The notes: generated by a model not told the origin, from the sequence alone. A DNA stretch of 55,161 nucleotides from Bacteroidota bacterium (GCA_043742725.1 JAYTXX010000029.1:1-55161), one strand, 5' to 3'. Positions 1-10,900 are shown, counted from the first letter of the stretch. Program-made: numbers and translations.

Positions 1-359
1 CTTTCTGACATTGCCGACCCAGTAAAAATATGGCGATTAATATCACCTGTTGGGTATCCTGTGATGCCCATTGTTGGTAATGCAGCAATTGCATCGCCAT
101 CTGCTGTTCTAAAATCTGGTTCAGAACCACTTGGTGTTGCATATCCTCCAGTGTGAATATTCACAGGGAAAAATTTTCCTGGGTTTGCATCCATAATTTG
201 TTGAGCAATTTTGTGCCCATCTGGACAGTATTGACAGTGAATTCCCGTAAACTCTTCAAGAATTGCTTTTTTGTTTGAAACAGCTGTACTTACAGGCAAT
301 TGAGCGCTAGCAGTAAGAGCCGCAAAAACAGAAACAGATAAAGTAACTAATTTTTTCAT
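1..359 (-). CDS. Secreted thioredoxin-fold (Omp28-related-like) protein, N-terminal part; gene runs off the window start
   Basis: Absent from the ORF track because it is open at the window edge. Reverse-strand ATG at 359-357 reads MKKLVTLSVSVFAALTASAQ (signal peptide), then AILEEFTGIHCQYCPDGHKIAQQ with a CxxC thioredoxin-like motif. Confidence 0.6.
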   Translation of the reverse strand, partial: MKKLVTLSVSVFAALTASAQLPVSTAVSNKKAILEEFTGIHCQYCPDGHKIAQQIMDANPGKFFPVNIHTGGYATPSGSEPDFRTADGDAIAALPTMGITGYPTGDINRHIFTGSAMSE

Positions 360-566
360 GTTTAATTTGGTTTAGATTTAATTTAATAAATTTTTTTAGG
401 CAACACGAATTTAACAAACATATATCACAAAAACAAAATAAATTTTTGTGTTATTCATTAAATTTATTTTTCAAATGTATGAGTGCCTTGCGCTGAACTC
501 AAACTTATTTGATTTTATAATTAGTATTTGAAAGAACATTTTTTATAAAGTATTCACAAAAATCAA

Positions 567-574
567 TACATTTG
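567..574 (+). promoter_or_regulatory. Candidate Bacteroidota -7 promoter box (TAcaTTTG)
   Basis: Exact match to the TAnnTTTG consensus, 23 nt upstream of the ATG at 598. Confidence 0.4.
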
Positions 575-597
575 GAGCAATATAAATTTAGTTTTCG

Positions 598-2124
598 ATG
601 AAAGCATCTGATAATCTATTTAAGCTCATTAAATCGCTAAACAAGTCTGAAAAAGGCTATTTTAAAAAACATGCAAATTTTCACGTTCGAAACGAACAAA
701 ACAATTATACCCTAATTTTTGATGCTATTGACAAACAAACCGAATACAATGAAAAAAAACTTCTTCAAAAATTTAAGAAGCAACAGTTTGTAAATCAATT
801 TTCGGTAGCAAAAAATTATTTATACGATATGGTTCTAGAAAGCTTGGAAGCATATCACAAAAATTCTACAACAGAAATCCGAAGCCTCTTGAACCGCATT
901 GAAATACTTGTAGATAAAGGATTACACAGCCAAGCAAAAAAACTTTTAAAAAAAACAAAAGAAATGGCGGTGCGTTTTGAAAAGCTAACTTATATTCCTG
1001 AAATAAATTTGATGGAACAAAGTATTTATAGAATGCAATACAATGTTGGTTCAATAAAAGATAATTCAGACAATTTGATTGAGGAAATTGAACAAAGTGC
1101 TATGCAAATAAAAAATTTAGCAGAATATGAAAATTTGAAAAATCGCTTATATGTGCAACGTATGGAAATGGGCGTTTTGAGAAATGAAAAAGAATTTAAA
1201 AGCTACGATTGGTTTTTAAAAACAACATTGCTAAAAAACGAAAAACAAGCACTATCAATAAATGCAAAAATACTTTATTACGAACTTTATGCAAGCTATT
1301 ATAATTATATTGAAGACTCAAAAATGTGCTACGAATTTTCATCAAAATTAATTGCATTGATTGAAGCATATCCACAAGTGATAGAAACGAATGTAAATTT
1401 TCCAACACTTTTCTTATACCGACACAGTATCCAGTGCTATAACATTGGAAAGTACCACGAGGCGCTGGAATATATTTCTAAAATGGAAATTTTAAAACCA
1501 AAAAGCGAAATTCAAAAACTTAATCTTTTGCTGAAAGCATATAACACCAAATTAAATGTTTATTTCAAAATGGGAAACATGAAAAAATGTCTTCAGCTAA
1601 TTCCACAAGTAGAAACATTGCTTGAAAAAAAGCAAGATTCAGATAAGCACTTAAAAGAAATTGTTTATTGGCAAGTTACTTCATTGTTAATGATTGCCGA
1701 AGAATATAAGCAAGCATTGAAATGGCTTGTGAAAGCCAATATTGCCGAAAATTATACTATTAGACAAGATTTGGAATGTATTGGTCGTATTATGGAAATT
1801 GTATTGCATTATGAACTCGAAAAGTTTGATATAATGGAATCTCGAATTAAATCAACGTATCGTTTTTTAGCAAACAAACAAAAACTTTATCGGCTTGAAA
1901 AAATAATATTAATTTCTATCCGAAAACTCATAAACGTAAATTCAAAAGAAGAATCTTTACGGTTTTTTAAAAATTTGAAAAAAGAATTGGAGCCAATAGT
2001 GAAAGATCCTTTGGAAGAAAAATTTTTAATGTATTTTGATATAATGTCTTGGTTGGAAAGCAAAATAGAAAAGAAAAAGTTTTCGGAAATAGTAAAAGGA
2101 AAATTAAAACCCATAAGTATTTAA
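598..2124 (+). CDS. Hypothetical alpha-helical protein, function unknown
   Basis: 508-aa ORF with Lys/Glu-rich helical composition and no catalytic motif I recognise. The overlapping antisense ORFs are short shadows. Confidence 0.7.
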   Translation: MKASDNLFKLIKSLNKSEKGYFKKHANFHVRNEQNNYTLIFDAIDKQTEYNEKKLLQKFKKQQFVNQFSVAKNYLYDMVLESLEAYHKNSTTEIRSLLNRIEILVDKGLHSQAKKLLKKTKEMAVRFEKLTYIPEINLMEQSIYRMQYNVGSIKDNSDNLIEEIEQSAMQIKNLAEYENLKNRLYVQRMEMGVLRNEKEFKSYDWFLKTTLLKNEKQALSINAKILYYELYASYYNYIEDSKMCYEFSSKLIALIEAYPQVIETNVNFPTLFLYRHSIQCYNIGKYHEALEYISKMEILKPKSEIQKLNLLLKAYNTKLNVYFKMGNMKKCLQLIPQVETLLEKKQDSDKHLKEIVYWQVTSLLMIAEEYKQALKWLVKANIAENYTIRQDLECIGRIMEIVLHYELEKFDIMESRIKSTYRFLANKQKLYRLEKIILISIRKLINVNSKEESLRFFKNLKKELEPIVKDPLEEKFLMYFDIMSWLESKIEKKKFSEIVKGKLKPISI

Positions 2125-2180
2125 CTTCATCAAATACTAATAATAAAGTAACAAACATTTTTATTAAATAAAAGAAATTG

Positions 2181-2188
2181 TAAATTTG
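2181..2188 (+). promoter_or_regulatory. Candidate -7 promoter box (TAaaTTTG)
   Basis: TAnnTTTG match 32 nt upstream of the ATG at 2221. It overlaps the GTG start at 2188 given in the ORF track, which favours the 2221 start. Confidence 0.4.
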
Positions 2189-2220
2189 TGAGTAGAATAT
2201 ATCTTATAAAAATAAAAAAC

Positions 2221-2997
2221 ATGAAAAAAACTTTTACTTTAATTTGTCTTGTTGCTATTGCCAAATTTGGATTCTCACAAAGTTTACAATTTTGGGATAA
2301 CACAAATGCTATTGATGTTACAGACGATACCGTTTTAATTCCAGTTCAAGCAAACCAAGGATTTGTAAACGAGTTGGCACTTAAAAACACAACCTCTGAT
2401 ACCATCAACTACCAAATGAACAGAACAATTCTTAACCCACCACTTCCTGCGGGATGTGATGTTTATTTTTGTTCGGGAACGCAATGTTACAATGCTTACA
2501 CCTCCACTTTTTGGGATCCAAGTATTGCAAACCCAAACGACACCGGAGGATTTATAGGTGCAAATGCTAGTTTACCTTCTGGACAAGGAACTTATGGATT
2601 GTCTGCCCATTTCGACCTTTCAAGCATTTGTTCCGATGTTTACGTTTTATATAAAGTATATAATAGATGGGTTGCAAGCGACTCTTCAAGAGTTACGCTA
2701 CACTATAGTTGCACAACGGGAATAAATGACCACACAAGCAGTTTTGGATTTGTTTCTGATGCTTTTCCAAATCCATCAAGTAATTTAATTTATATTAAAT
2801 ATGAGTTAAATGTTATTCCTGAAAAAATAATTTTTTCTGATGTTTTAGGAAAAGTTGTGAAGGAAAATATTATTAATGACAAACAAGGAACTGCAAAAAT
2901 AAATATTTCAGACTTGAACGATGGCTTGTATTTTTATTCATTTGTTTCAGAAAATAAAGTTATTGTAACTAAAAAATTAATTGTTAGCAACAAATAA
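2221..2997 (+). CDS. Secreted protein with a T9SS type-A (Por) C-terminal sorting domain
   Basis: Start moved to MKKTFTLICLVAIAKFGFSQ (signal peptide). The C-terminus FPNPSSNLIYIKYEL...GLYFYSFVSENKVIVTKKLIV fits the Por secretion C-terminal domain pattern. Confidence 0.8.
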   Translation: MKKTFTLICLVAIAKFGFSQSLQFWDNTNAIDVTDDTVLIPVQANQGFVNELALKNTTSDTINYQMNRTILNPPLPAGCDVYFCSGTQCYNAYTSTFWDPSIANPNDTGGFIGANASLPSGQGTYGLSAHFDLSSICSDVYVLYKVYNRWVASDSSRVTLHYSCTTGINDHTSSFGFVSDAFPNPSSNLIYIKYELNVIPEKIIFSDVLGKVVKENIINDKQGTAKINISDLNDGLYFYSFVSENKVIVTKKLIVSNK

Positions 2998-3013
2998 AAA
3001 GCATTGTCACAAA

Positions 3014-3047
3014 TAAAAAAAGCACCTAAAATTAGGTGCTTTTTTTT
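3014..3047. terminator. Bidirectional intrinsic terminator between convergent genes
   Basis: An 8-bp stem AGCACCTA/TAGGTGCT (3021-3028 / 3033-3040) is flanked by an A-run on the left and a T-run on the right. Confidence 0.6.
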
Positions 3048-3079
3048 ATTTGTTTTTTGTGATATGTCTGTCTCTGTTT

Positions 3080-4078
3080 TTACATAAATGGGTTCGCTCC
3101 ACTATCATCGGAAGATCGCCCTCTTGTTAGGTTAATTGCGCCTTTTTGTTCATACTTTTTGCCATCCAATCCTTGTGCGGTAATTATATAAAAATACTCT
3201 CCTTCTGGAGCTTTTTTTCCAGCTTTGGTTGTTCCATCCCAATGCCCATCTTTTCCTTCCCAGTCATAAATTACATTTCCTTTTTTATCAAAAATAATGG
3301 CATTCATTTTCACAATATTTTTACTTTGAAAAACAAAAATATCATTTACTCCATCTCCATTTGGAGAAAATTCTCTTGGAATAGATGCAATAGAAGAATT
3401 TCCTGTTACTTCAACTTTTATTTTGTCTGTTGATGTTTTTCCGTTTTCATCAGTAGAAATTAAAGTAACCGTATATGTTCCTGGCTTTTCAAAAATATGA
3501 ACCAAACTTCTTTCTGTGTTTCCTGTTTTGCCATCACTATAAATCCATTTATTTGTTTTTCCAATCCCTGTGTTAGATAAATTTACTATCAAAGGTACCG
3601 AACCGCCAATTGGGCTAGCCGAAATGGTGGCAATTGGCTTGTCGCTCAAAGAACTAATAACAGAGTTAATTTTTTTCTGATCTTTCTTTATTAACTCTAC
3701 TGTATTTTCTGTTGTTTCAACTTTTTGTGTTTCGGAAGTTGTTTTTAATTCTGAAACGCTATCATCTTCTTTTGAAACAACTGTGGGCTCTTTTTTTGTT
3801 TCAGAAAAAGATGTCTTTGTTGCTTCTTTGGTTGTGTTTTCATTTTTTGAGGAATTCCAATTCATTACTACCACAGTACCCACAACTGCAACAGCAGATG
3901 AGGCAACAGTAATAATAGTGTTAACTCCAATTTTATTAATTAGCAATTTGCCAAAAAGCCCCAAACCAGCACCTTTCATTGCTGTTTGTATGTTTGACCA
4001 AGTGCTCGACTTAACGTCTGCTTCAAATTTTTCAAATGTTTTTTTGAAAACGTCTTCTATGTTATTTTTTTCACTCAT
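3080..4078 (-). CDS. Single-pass membrane protein with a PKD domain and a T9SS type-B (gliding-motility CHU_C) C-terminal domain; possible anti-sigma partner
   Basis: It starts 6 nt after the ECF sigma gene stop. It has a short N-terminal segment, one TM helix (IITVASSAVAVVGTVVVM), a Ser/Thr/Glu-rich linker, a PKD-like region (GTYTVTLISTDENGKTSTDKIKVEV), and REFSPNGDGVNDIFVF...GHWDG...GEYFYII. Confidence 0.75.
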   Translation of the reverse strand: MSEKNNIEDVFKKTFEKFEADVKSSTWSNIQTAMKGAGLGLFGKLLINKIGVNTIITVASSAVAVVGTVVVMNWNSSKNENTTKEATKTSFSETKKEPTVVSKEDDSVSELKTTSETQKVETTENTVELIKKDQKKINSVISSLSDKPIATISASPIGGSVPLIVNLSNTGIGKTNKWIYSDGKTGNTERSLVHIFEKPGTYTVTLISTDENGKTSTDKIKVEVTGNSSIASIPREFSPNGDGVNDIFVFQSKNIVKMNAIIFDKKGNVIYDWEGKDGHWDGTTKAGKKAPEGEYFYIITAQGLDGKKYEQKGAINLTRGRSSDDSGANPFM

Positions 4079-4084
4079 AATATT

Positions 4085-4621
4085 TTATTCTATACGAATT
4101 TGCTTTTGTAAATGTACTTTTGCTCTTGAATATTGTGATTTTGATGTCCCCTCTGAAATATTCAACATTTCTCCAATTTCTTTATGCGAATATCCTTCAA
4201 TTGCATATAAGTTAAAAACTGTTTTAAATCCTAATGGCAAATTTTGAATTACTTTCAATAAATCTTTTGCCGCAAATGTATCGTTCAAATAGTTTGTAGA
4301 AGGAATCATATATTCTACACTTTCTAATTCTACATTTAATTTTAATTTTTTATTTTTTCTAATATTGGTCAATGCCATATTAACCATTATTTTTCTAATC
4401 CAACCTTCCAAAGAACCAGTACCTTTATATGCTTCAATGTTTTTAAAAACATTCACAAAACCATTTTGTAAAACATCTTCCGCCTCTTCTTGATTGTCGC
4501 AATAACGTAAACAAACACCCATCATCTTCCGCGAAAACCTTTCAAATAACTCACGTTGAGCAATTGCATTTTTGTTTATGCAACCCATTACAATTTGCTC
4601 ATCTGTCATTTTGTTTTCCAT
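4085..4621 (-). CDS. ECF-type RNA polymerase sigma-70 family factor
   Basis: 178 aa. Region 2 reads EDVLQNGFVNVFKNIEAYKGTGSLEGWIRKIMVN and the region 4 HTH reads AIEGYSHKEIGEMLNISEGTSKSQYSRAK. Confidence 0.9.
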   Translation of the reverse strand: MENKMTDEQIVMGCINKNAIAQRELFERFSRKMMGVCLRYCDNQEEAEDVLQNGFVNVFKNIEAYKGTGSLEGWIRKIMVNMALTNIRKNKKLKLNVELESVEYMIPSTNYLNDTFAAKDLLKVIQNLPLGFKTVFNLYAIEGYSHKEIGEMLNISEGTSKSQYSRAKVHLQKQIRIE

Positions 4622-4728
4622 TGGTTAGATGCAAAGTTGAAACATTTGGTTGCATTAACAAAACTTTTTTGAGATTTTATTAACAAATCCTTTCTTTTAC
4701 CAATAAACAATAGCACTTTTGATGAACT

Positions 4729-7038
4729 ATGACAAAAAGGTTTAAAAGCAAAAAGGAAGGAAAGAAAAAAAGTTATTTTTTCGAAGAAATATTACGTGTG
4801 TTATCAAAATCGTCAAGCAAAGCACTTAACTACAAACAAATTGCTGCCGAACTAAATGTTACAGACCACTCGCAACGGTTATTAATAAACAACATATTGC
4901 TTGAGCTAAAAGCAAGCGATGCTGTTTCGGAACCCGAACGAGGAAAATTTAAAATCAAAAACACCGATGTTTTTATCACAGGAAAGGTGGATATGACTGG
5001 TTCTGGGAACGCTTATGTGGTTTCAGAAGAATTGGAAAACGATGTTCTTATCATTGCTAAAAAAACAGCAACTGCCATGCATGGCGATTTGGTTAAAGTA
5101 AAACTTTATCAAAAACGAAACGGAAAACAAGAAGGAGAAATTGTTGAAATAATTGAACGTGCTAAATCCGAATTTGTTGGAACCATACAACTCTCTCCAC
5201 GCTTTGCTTTTTTGGTGCCAAGCAACAACCGAATGAATGTGGACATTTACATTCCTCTTGAAAAATTAAATGGCGCAAAAAATGGACAAAAAGCAATTGC
5301 AAAAATTACTCAATATCCCAAAAATGGCGTCAATCCTATTGGAGAAATTATAGAAGTGCTTGGAAATGCAGGAGAAAACAATACCGAAATGCATGCCATA
5401 CTTGCCGAATACGGCTTGCCATATCATTTTCCAAAAGATGTTGAGCGTGCGGCAGATTTAATTCCAATTGAAATTACGAAAGATGAAATTGCCAAAAGGC
5501 GTGATTTCAGAGAAATTACAACTTTTACAATTGACCCGGTAGATGCAAAAGATTTTGATGATGCGCTTTCTATTCAAAAATTAAAAAATGGAAATTGGGA
5601 AATTGGCGTTCACATTGCCGATGTGAGTCATTATGTAAAACCCGAATCAATGATTGATAAAGAAGGTTTTTCTCGTGCAACTTCTGTTTACCTTGTGGAT
5701 AGAGTTGTTCCAATGCTTCCCGAAGTTTTATCAAACAATGTTTGCTCCTTACGACCGAATGAAGAAAAACTATGTTTCTCTGCTGTGTTTGAAATGACAG
5801 ATGATGCAGAGGTGCTTAACGAATGGTTTGGGCGCACAATTATTAATTCCGACAGACGATTTACGTATGAAGAAGCGCAAGAAATTATTGAAACCGAAAA
5901 AGGTGATTTTAAAAATGAGGTTCTAACACTCAATCGTTTGGCAAAAATTTTAAGAGCAAATCGTTTTAAAAAAGGAAGCATTGCTTTTGAAAAAATGGAA
6001 GTGAAATTTCATTTAGATGAAGTTGGAAATCCAACAGGTGTGTATTTTAAAATTGCAAAAGATTCCAATCAATTGATTGAAGATTTTATGTTGTTGGCAA
6101 ATCGTAAAGTAGCTGAATTTATAGGCAACCAAAAAGAAAAAAAGGAAGCTACTCAACAATTAAAAGAAAAAGGAAAAAGAGATTTTGTATATCGTGTTCA
6201 CGACAAACCAAACCCTGATAAACTTGCCAGTTTTGCAGAGTTTGTTGGAAAATTTGGATATAAATTAAATATACAAAACGAAAAAACAGTTGCCAATTCT
6301 ATGAATAATTTACTGAAAGAAGTAAACGAAAAAAAAGAAGCTGGAGTAATTGAGTTGCTTGCTATACGAACAATGGCAAAAGCCGTTTACACCACAAAAA
6401 ATATTGGGCATTATGGATTGGGTTTTGAATACTACACCCATTTTACTTCGCCCATTCGCAGATATCCAGATGTGATGGTTCATCGTTTGTTGCAACATTA
6501 TTTAGATGGTGGAAAAAGCCCCGATGTTGAAAAATTAGAAGAGCAATGCAAACATTCATCAGACATGGAAAAACTTGCGGCTGATGCAGAGCGCTCATCT
6601 ATTAAATATAAACAAGTGCAATTTTTACAAGATAAAATAGGACAAGAATTTGATGGAAAAATTTCGGGAGTTACCGAGTGGGGAATATTTGTGGAAATTA
6701 CAGAGAATCACTGCGAAGGAATGATTCGTTTGCGTGATTTACAAGATGACAATTACTTTTTTGATGAAGACAACTATTGTTTGCGCGGTCGAAAATATGG
6801 AAAAGTACTTACGCTTGGCGATGAAGTGCGCATTGAAGTAAAACGTGCTGATTTAGTAAAAAAACAATTGGATTTTATTTTGATTGAAACAATTGATAAG
6901 TCTGAAAAAAACAAATCCACATCAAAAAAAGAAGAAACAAAAATTTCTCCTAAATCGAGTAAAATTAACAACATGAAAAATTCAAAAAATAATTCTTCAA
7001 ATAAAAATATTGATGAAGAGTGGGGATTTGAAATTTAA
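4729..7038 (+). CDS. rnr: Ribonuclease R
   Basis: 769 aa. RNB catalytic region (TFTIDPVDAKDFDDALS, HIADVSHYV, YLVDRVVPMLP), a C-terminal S1 domain (GKISGVTEWGIFVEI) and a Lys/Ser-rich tail. Confidence 0.95.
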   Translation: MTKRFKSKKEGKKKSYFFEEILRVLSKSSSKALNYKQIAAELNVTDHSQRLLINNILLELKASDAVSEPERGKFKIKNTDVFITGKVDMTGSGNAYVVSEELENDVLIIAKKTATAMHGDLVKVKLYQKRNGKQEGEIVEIIERAKSEFVGTIQLSPRFAFLVPSNNRMNVDIYIPLEKLNGAKNGQKAIAKITQYPKNGVNPIGEIIEVLGNAGENNTEMHAILAEYGLPYHFPKDVERAADLIPIEITKDEIAKRRDFREITTFTIDPVDAKDFDDALSIQKLKNGNWEIGVHIADVSHYVKPESMIDKEGFSRATSVYLVDRVVPMLPEVLSNNVCSLRPNEEKLCFSAVFEMTDDAEVLNEWFGRTIINSDRRFTYEEAQEIIETEKGDFKNEVLTLNRLAKILRANRFKKGSIAFEKMEVKFHLDEVGNPTGVYFKIAKDSNQLIEDFMLLANRKVAEFIGNQKEKKEATQQLKEKGKRDFVYRVHDKPNPDKLASFAEFVGKFGYKLNIQNEKTVANSMNNLLKEVNEKKEAGVIELLAIRTMAKAVYTTKNIGHYGLGFEYYTHFTSPIRRYPDVMVHRLLQHYLDGGKSPDVEKLEEQCKHSSDMEKLAADAERSSIKYKQVQFLQDKIGQEFDGKISGVTEWGIFVEITENHCEGMIRLRDLQDDNYFFDEDNYCLRGRKYGKVLTLGDEVRIEVKRADLVKKQLDFILIETIDKSEKNKSTSKKEETKISPKSSKINNMKNSKNNSSNKNIDEEWGFEI

Positions 7039-7045
7039 TAATTTT

Positions 7046-7216
7046 CTATCCCATTCCTGGAGCCATACGATGTGTAGCTCTTTTACGTTTCATGTGGTCG
7101 CGTTTATTGCCACAAGCTGGTTTAGGACCGCATCCTGTTTCTGAAAGTATGACAAGCGCTGATACGGCAAATGCAATAAAGCTAATTTTTGTTAATCGAG
7201 GAAATAATTTTTTCAT
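7046..7216 (-). CDS. Unlisted 56-aa ORF; possible small lipoprotein or secreted basic peptide
   Basis: Hand translation gives MKKLFPRLTKISFIAFAVSALVILSETGCGPKPACGNKRDHMKRKRATHRMAPGMG. It is below the 60-aa ORF-track cutoff. Its ATG lies 2 nt after the LytTR regulator stop. It has a hydrophobic N-terminus followed by Cys and a strongly basic tail. Confidence 0.4.
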   Translation of the reverse strand: MKKLFPRLTKISFIAFAVSALVILSETGCGPKPACGNKRDHMKRKRATHRMAPGMG

Positions 7217-7218
7217 AA

Positions 7219-7971
7219 TTAAATTAAATTTAATCGTTTCGCCAAATCATCTTTGTACGAGCCGCCAATTGGAATTGTTTTTTTATCGTTTTCTAAAATT
7301 AAATTTGGTTGTTCAATTGCCACAATTTTATCAACTCGAACAATGAACGAACGGTGTACACGAATAAAATCATTTGATGGCAATTTTTTTTCAATGTCTT
7401 TCATTGTAGAATGAATAGTATAACGCGCATTAATTGTATTGATTACAACATAATCTTTCAATGCTTCTACATAAAAAATATCTTCTGTTTTTACTTTTAC
7501 CAAGCGTGAATTTGATTTTACAAAAAGTACATCTTTTGATTCTTTGTTTTCAACTATTGAATATAAAAAATCACGCTCTTTTTTTACATCTGTTTCTTTT
7601 CCATGCTTGTAAATAGCTATCTCTATTGATGTGTGTAAATCTATTTCTTTGAATGGTTTAATAATGTATCCATACGGTTCTGAAATTTTTGCCTTTGTCA
7701 ATGTGCTTTCGTCTGCATAGGCTGTGAGGTAAATAATTGGAATATTCCATTTTTCACGAATGTGTGTAGCTGCTTCTATTCCACTCATATCGCCTTTTAG
7801 CATTATATCCATCAATACCAAGTCGGGTTTTGTTTCTTCGGCAACATTTATTGCATCTTGCCCTGTTGAACAAACTCCAACAACGGTGTATCCAAGTTTT
7901 TTCAAACTTTGTTGAATGTCTTTAGCAACTATGCTTTCGTCTTCAACTATTAGTATGTTTGTTTTTGACAT
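7219..7971 (-). CDS. LytTR-family response regulator
   Basis: Receiver domain (ILIVEDE, DLVLMDIMLKGDMSG, IIYLTAY) plus a C-terminal LytTR domain (IRVHRSFIVRVDKI). Its ATG overlaps the kinase stop by 1 nt (TAATG). Confidence 0.92.
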   Translation of the reverse strand: MSKTNILIVEDESIVAKDIQQSLKKLGYTVVGVCSTGQDAINVAEETKPDLVLMDIMLKGDMSGIEAATHIREKWNIPIIYLTAYADESTLTKAKISEPYGYIIKPFKEIDLHTSIEIAIYKHGKETDVKKERDFLYSIVENKESKDVLFVKSNSRLVKVKTEDIFYVEALKDYVVINTINARYTIHSTMKDIEKKLPSNDFIRVHRSFIVRVDKIVAIEQPNLILENDKKTIPIGGSYKDDLAKRLNLI

Positions 7972-10900
7972 TATATTCTGGTTTTAGCTTGGTTTTTATT
8001 AAACGATATTAAATACATTGTTCCATTTTTTGTATCAATATCAATGATTCCGTTTAGTTGTTCTATTAAGGTTATTACTAACTGCAAACCCAACGATTCT
8101 GTGTTTTTAAAATCTATTTTCTCGGACAAACCCACACCGTTATCGCCAATTTTCAAAAACAACTTCTGTCCCTCTTCTTGCATTTTCACGGAAATAATAT
8201 CTTTTTCTGATTTAGTAACAAAAGCATATTTCAATGCATTTGATATTATTTCGTTGATGATTAATCCACACGGAATTGCAAGGTCTAAATTAAGAAAAAC
8301 ATTTTGAATATCTAAATTTAATTTTACGTTGTGATTAAAACTTGAATACGAATGAATTAGGTTTTGGCAAAGATTAATAACATATTCGGAGAAGTTAATG
8401 CTTGAAAAATCTTTCGTTTGATAAAGGCTTTCGTGAATAAAAGCCATTGATTTAATTCTATTTTGACTTTCTCTTAAAATTCCAAGCGTTGCCTCATCTT
8501 TCACATAAGAAGATTGAAGATTAAGAATACTTGAAATCACTTGTAAATTGTTTTTTACACGATGATGAACTTCTTTTAATAGTATTTCTTTTTCTTTCAA
8601 CGATTGATTTATTTTTTCTTCTGCCAACTTTTTTTCTGTAATATCATGTGCTATTCCCGATATTTCAATCACCTTTCCTGTTGAATCAACTATTGGATTT
8701 AAAAATATTTCTCGCCACACCACTTCATCGTTTTTGTCCACTAATTTTGTTTCAAAATGTTGTGCTTCTCCTGCCAAAGATGCATCGTATTTTTTTTGCC
8801 AAAAACTATTATAGTCTTCCGTGCTTACCATTTTTCCTGCATTCATTTGCAAACCTATGTGCACATCGGTATTGTAATGCCGTTTATGAAATTTTTCAAA
8901 ATTTGTGTTGTACGATGTTACTTTAATATTTCTATCTAATGTCCAAATAATGTGTGAACTGCTTTCAAAAACAGTTTTAAGTTTTGCTGATTGTGAATGC
9001 AATTTTTCTTCTGCTTTTCGTTGCTCTGTAATATCTTCGTAAACCGAAACAAAGTAAAGTGGCTTTCCTTCCAAGTCTTTAATCAACGAAATGGTAATGT
9101 TTGCAATAACAATTTTTTTATCCTTTCGAATATATCTTTTTATTGTTGTTAATTTTTCTATGTTTTTCTCTATAATAAATTCTCTACCTGGTAGTTTTTC
9201 GTGATCTTCGGAATGGGTAATTTCTTCTGTTGTTTTTTGCAACAATTCCTCCTTTGAATAACCCATTATATCACACAAACGATCGTTTACTTGCAAATAT
9301 TTTCCATCCAAATTAACCTGTGCAATTCCAATATATGCTTGATTATATATAGCTTTATATCTTTCTTCGCTTTGCTTTATTTCTTTCGTAATTTGATGGC
9401 TAATGGTTACATCCCTAAAAATTCCTCGTGTAGAAATTATTTTTCCTTGTTCAACTTTACTATTTACATTCCCTTCGCAAGTTACCGCCCTTCCATCTTT
9501 TGCTTTAAATGTTATTTCAATACTTTCTGTTTTTTCGCCTTTCAAAATTCGCGAGAAAAGCCCGAGACAATGCTCTAAACTATCTGGATGAATAAAATCA
9601 AAAATCAAATGATTGTTTATTTCTTCGTCAGAATATCCAAGTACTTTTTTCCAAGCAGTGTTCACATACACTATTTTTCCGTCAGCACCAACGCTTTGAA
9701 TAAGGTCGGTAGCATTTTCAAATAAATCGCGGTATTTTTCTTCGCTATTTCTTAATATTTGTTCTGCCTTTTTTAGTTCTGAAATATCACGGGAAATACC
9801 CATTGAACCTATTATTTCTCCTTGTTCGTTTTTTAATACCGCTGCTGTCAAATAAGTTAAAAATGTTTGCCCATTTTTTTTGACATTAATTATTTCTCCA
9901 CTGTAAACTCCGTTTTCGAGCAGCTGTTTGTTAATTCCTTTTGATTTGTTTGCACTGTCTGCATATAATATACCTGAATGTTTGCCAATAATTTCCTGTT
10001 GAGTGTATCCAAATGTTTTTTGTGCTGCTAAATTAAATTCTGTTACATATCCATTTTTATCCGAAGCACAAATCATATCCAACGAACTTTCTATAATGTT
10101 TTTTATATAGTTCTCCGATTCTGTTAGCTTTATTTGCGCTACTTTTCTTTTCGTAATTTCTTGTTCCAAAAGTTCATTTGTTTCTTCTGCAACTTGAGCT
10201 CTTAATTGTTCCTTTATTAATTTTTTTTCAGTTGATAAATCATGAATAATAACTTGTATTGCTTCTTGATTATTATAATTTATTAAATTGGGATTTGTTT
10301 CTACTTCAACAATGTTGCCCTTTAGTGTTTTAACTTCCATTGTTGTTTTGTTCGGGTTTTTTCCCAACTTAACTTGTTGTATCCGCTCTTTGCATAGTTT
10401 ATGAAAGTGCGGAAGCACAAAATCGAACAAATTATAACCAACAACACTTTTTACTTTTTGTGCTTCAAATATTTTTGCAACACTTTCATTTGCATAAACA
10501 ATTTTTCCATCTATATGAATTAACACGCCATCGGGCGATTCCTCTACTAAATTTTTATAATTTTCTCGACTTTGTTTTAGTTCTAATTCATACTTTTTCT
10601 TGTCGTTAATATCTGCTATAAAACCCTCTAAATATAACAACTTTCCATTTTCATCAAAAACACCTTGTCCTTTTTCCCACACCCATTTTATTTCGTTTTT
10701 GGAATTGATGATTCTATATTCTACTTCAAATATTTTTTTTGCTTTTATTGCTTCTTCTATTTTGTCGTTTCCTCTGTCTTCGGGATGTATAATATCATTA
10801 AATGGAATTTTTTTATTATTAATTAAATCTTGTGGACTGTATCCCGTAAGTTTAAAAAATCCATTACTTAAAAATAACATCGTAAGGTTTTTATCTAACT

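Noticed and set aside
3783-4247. 154-aa plus-strand ORF, and similar antisense ORFs inside long genes (for example 12084-12497, 12555-13034, 33321-33716, 43285-43659, 45033-45389, 45685-46059)
   Set aside because: Each lies antisense to a gene with clear family motifs. They are typical shadow ORFs in AT-rich DNA.
7092-7346. 84-aa plus-strand ORF
   Set aside because: It overlaps the 3' end of the LytTR regulator gene and the 56-aa minus-strand ORF. Its composition is low-complexity and it has no promoter box.
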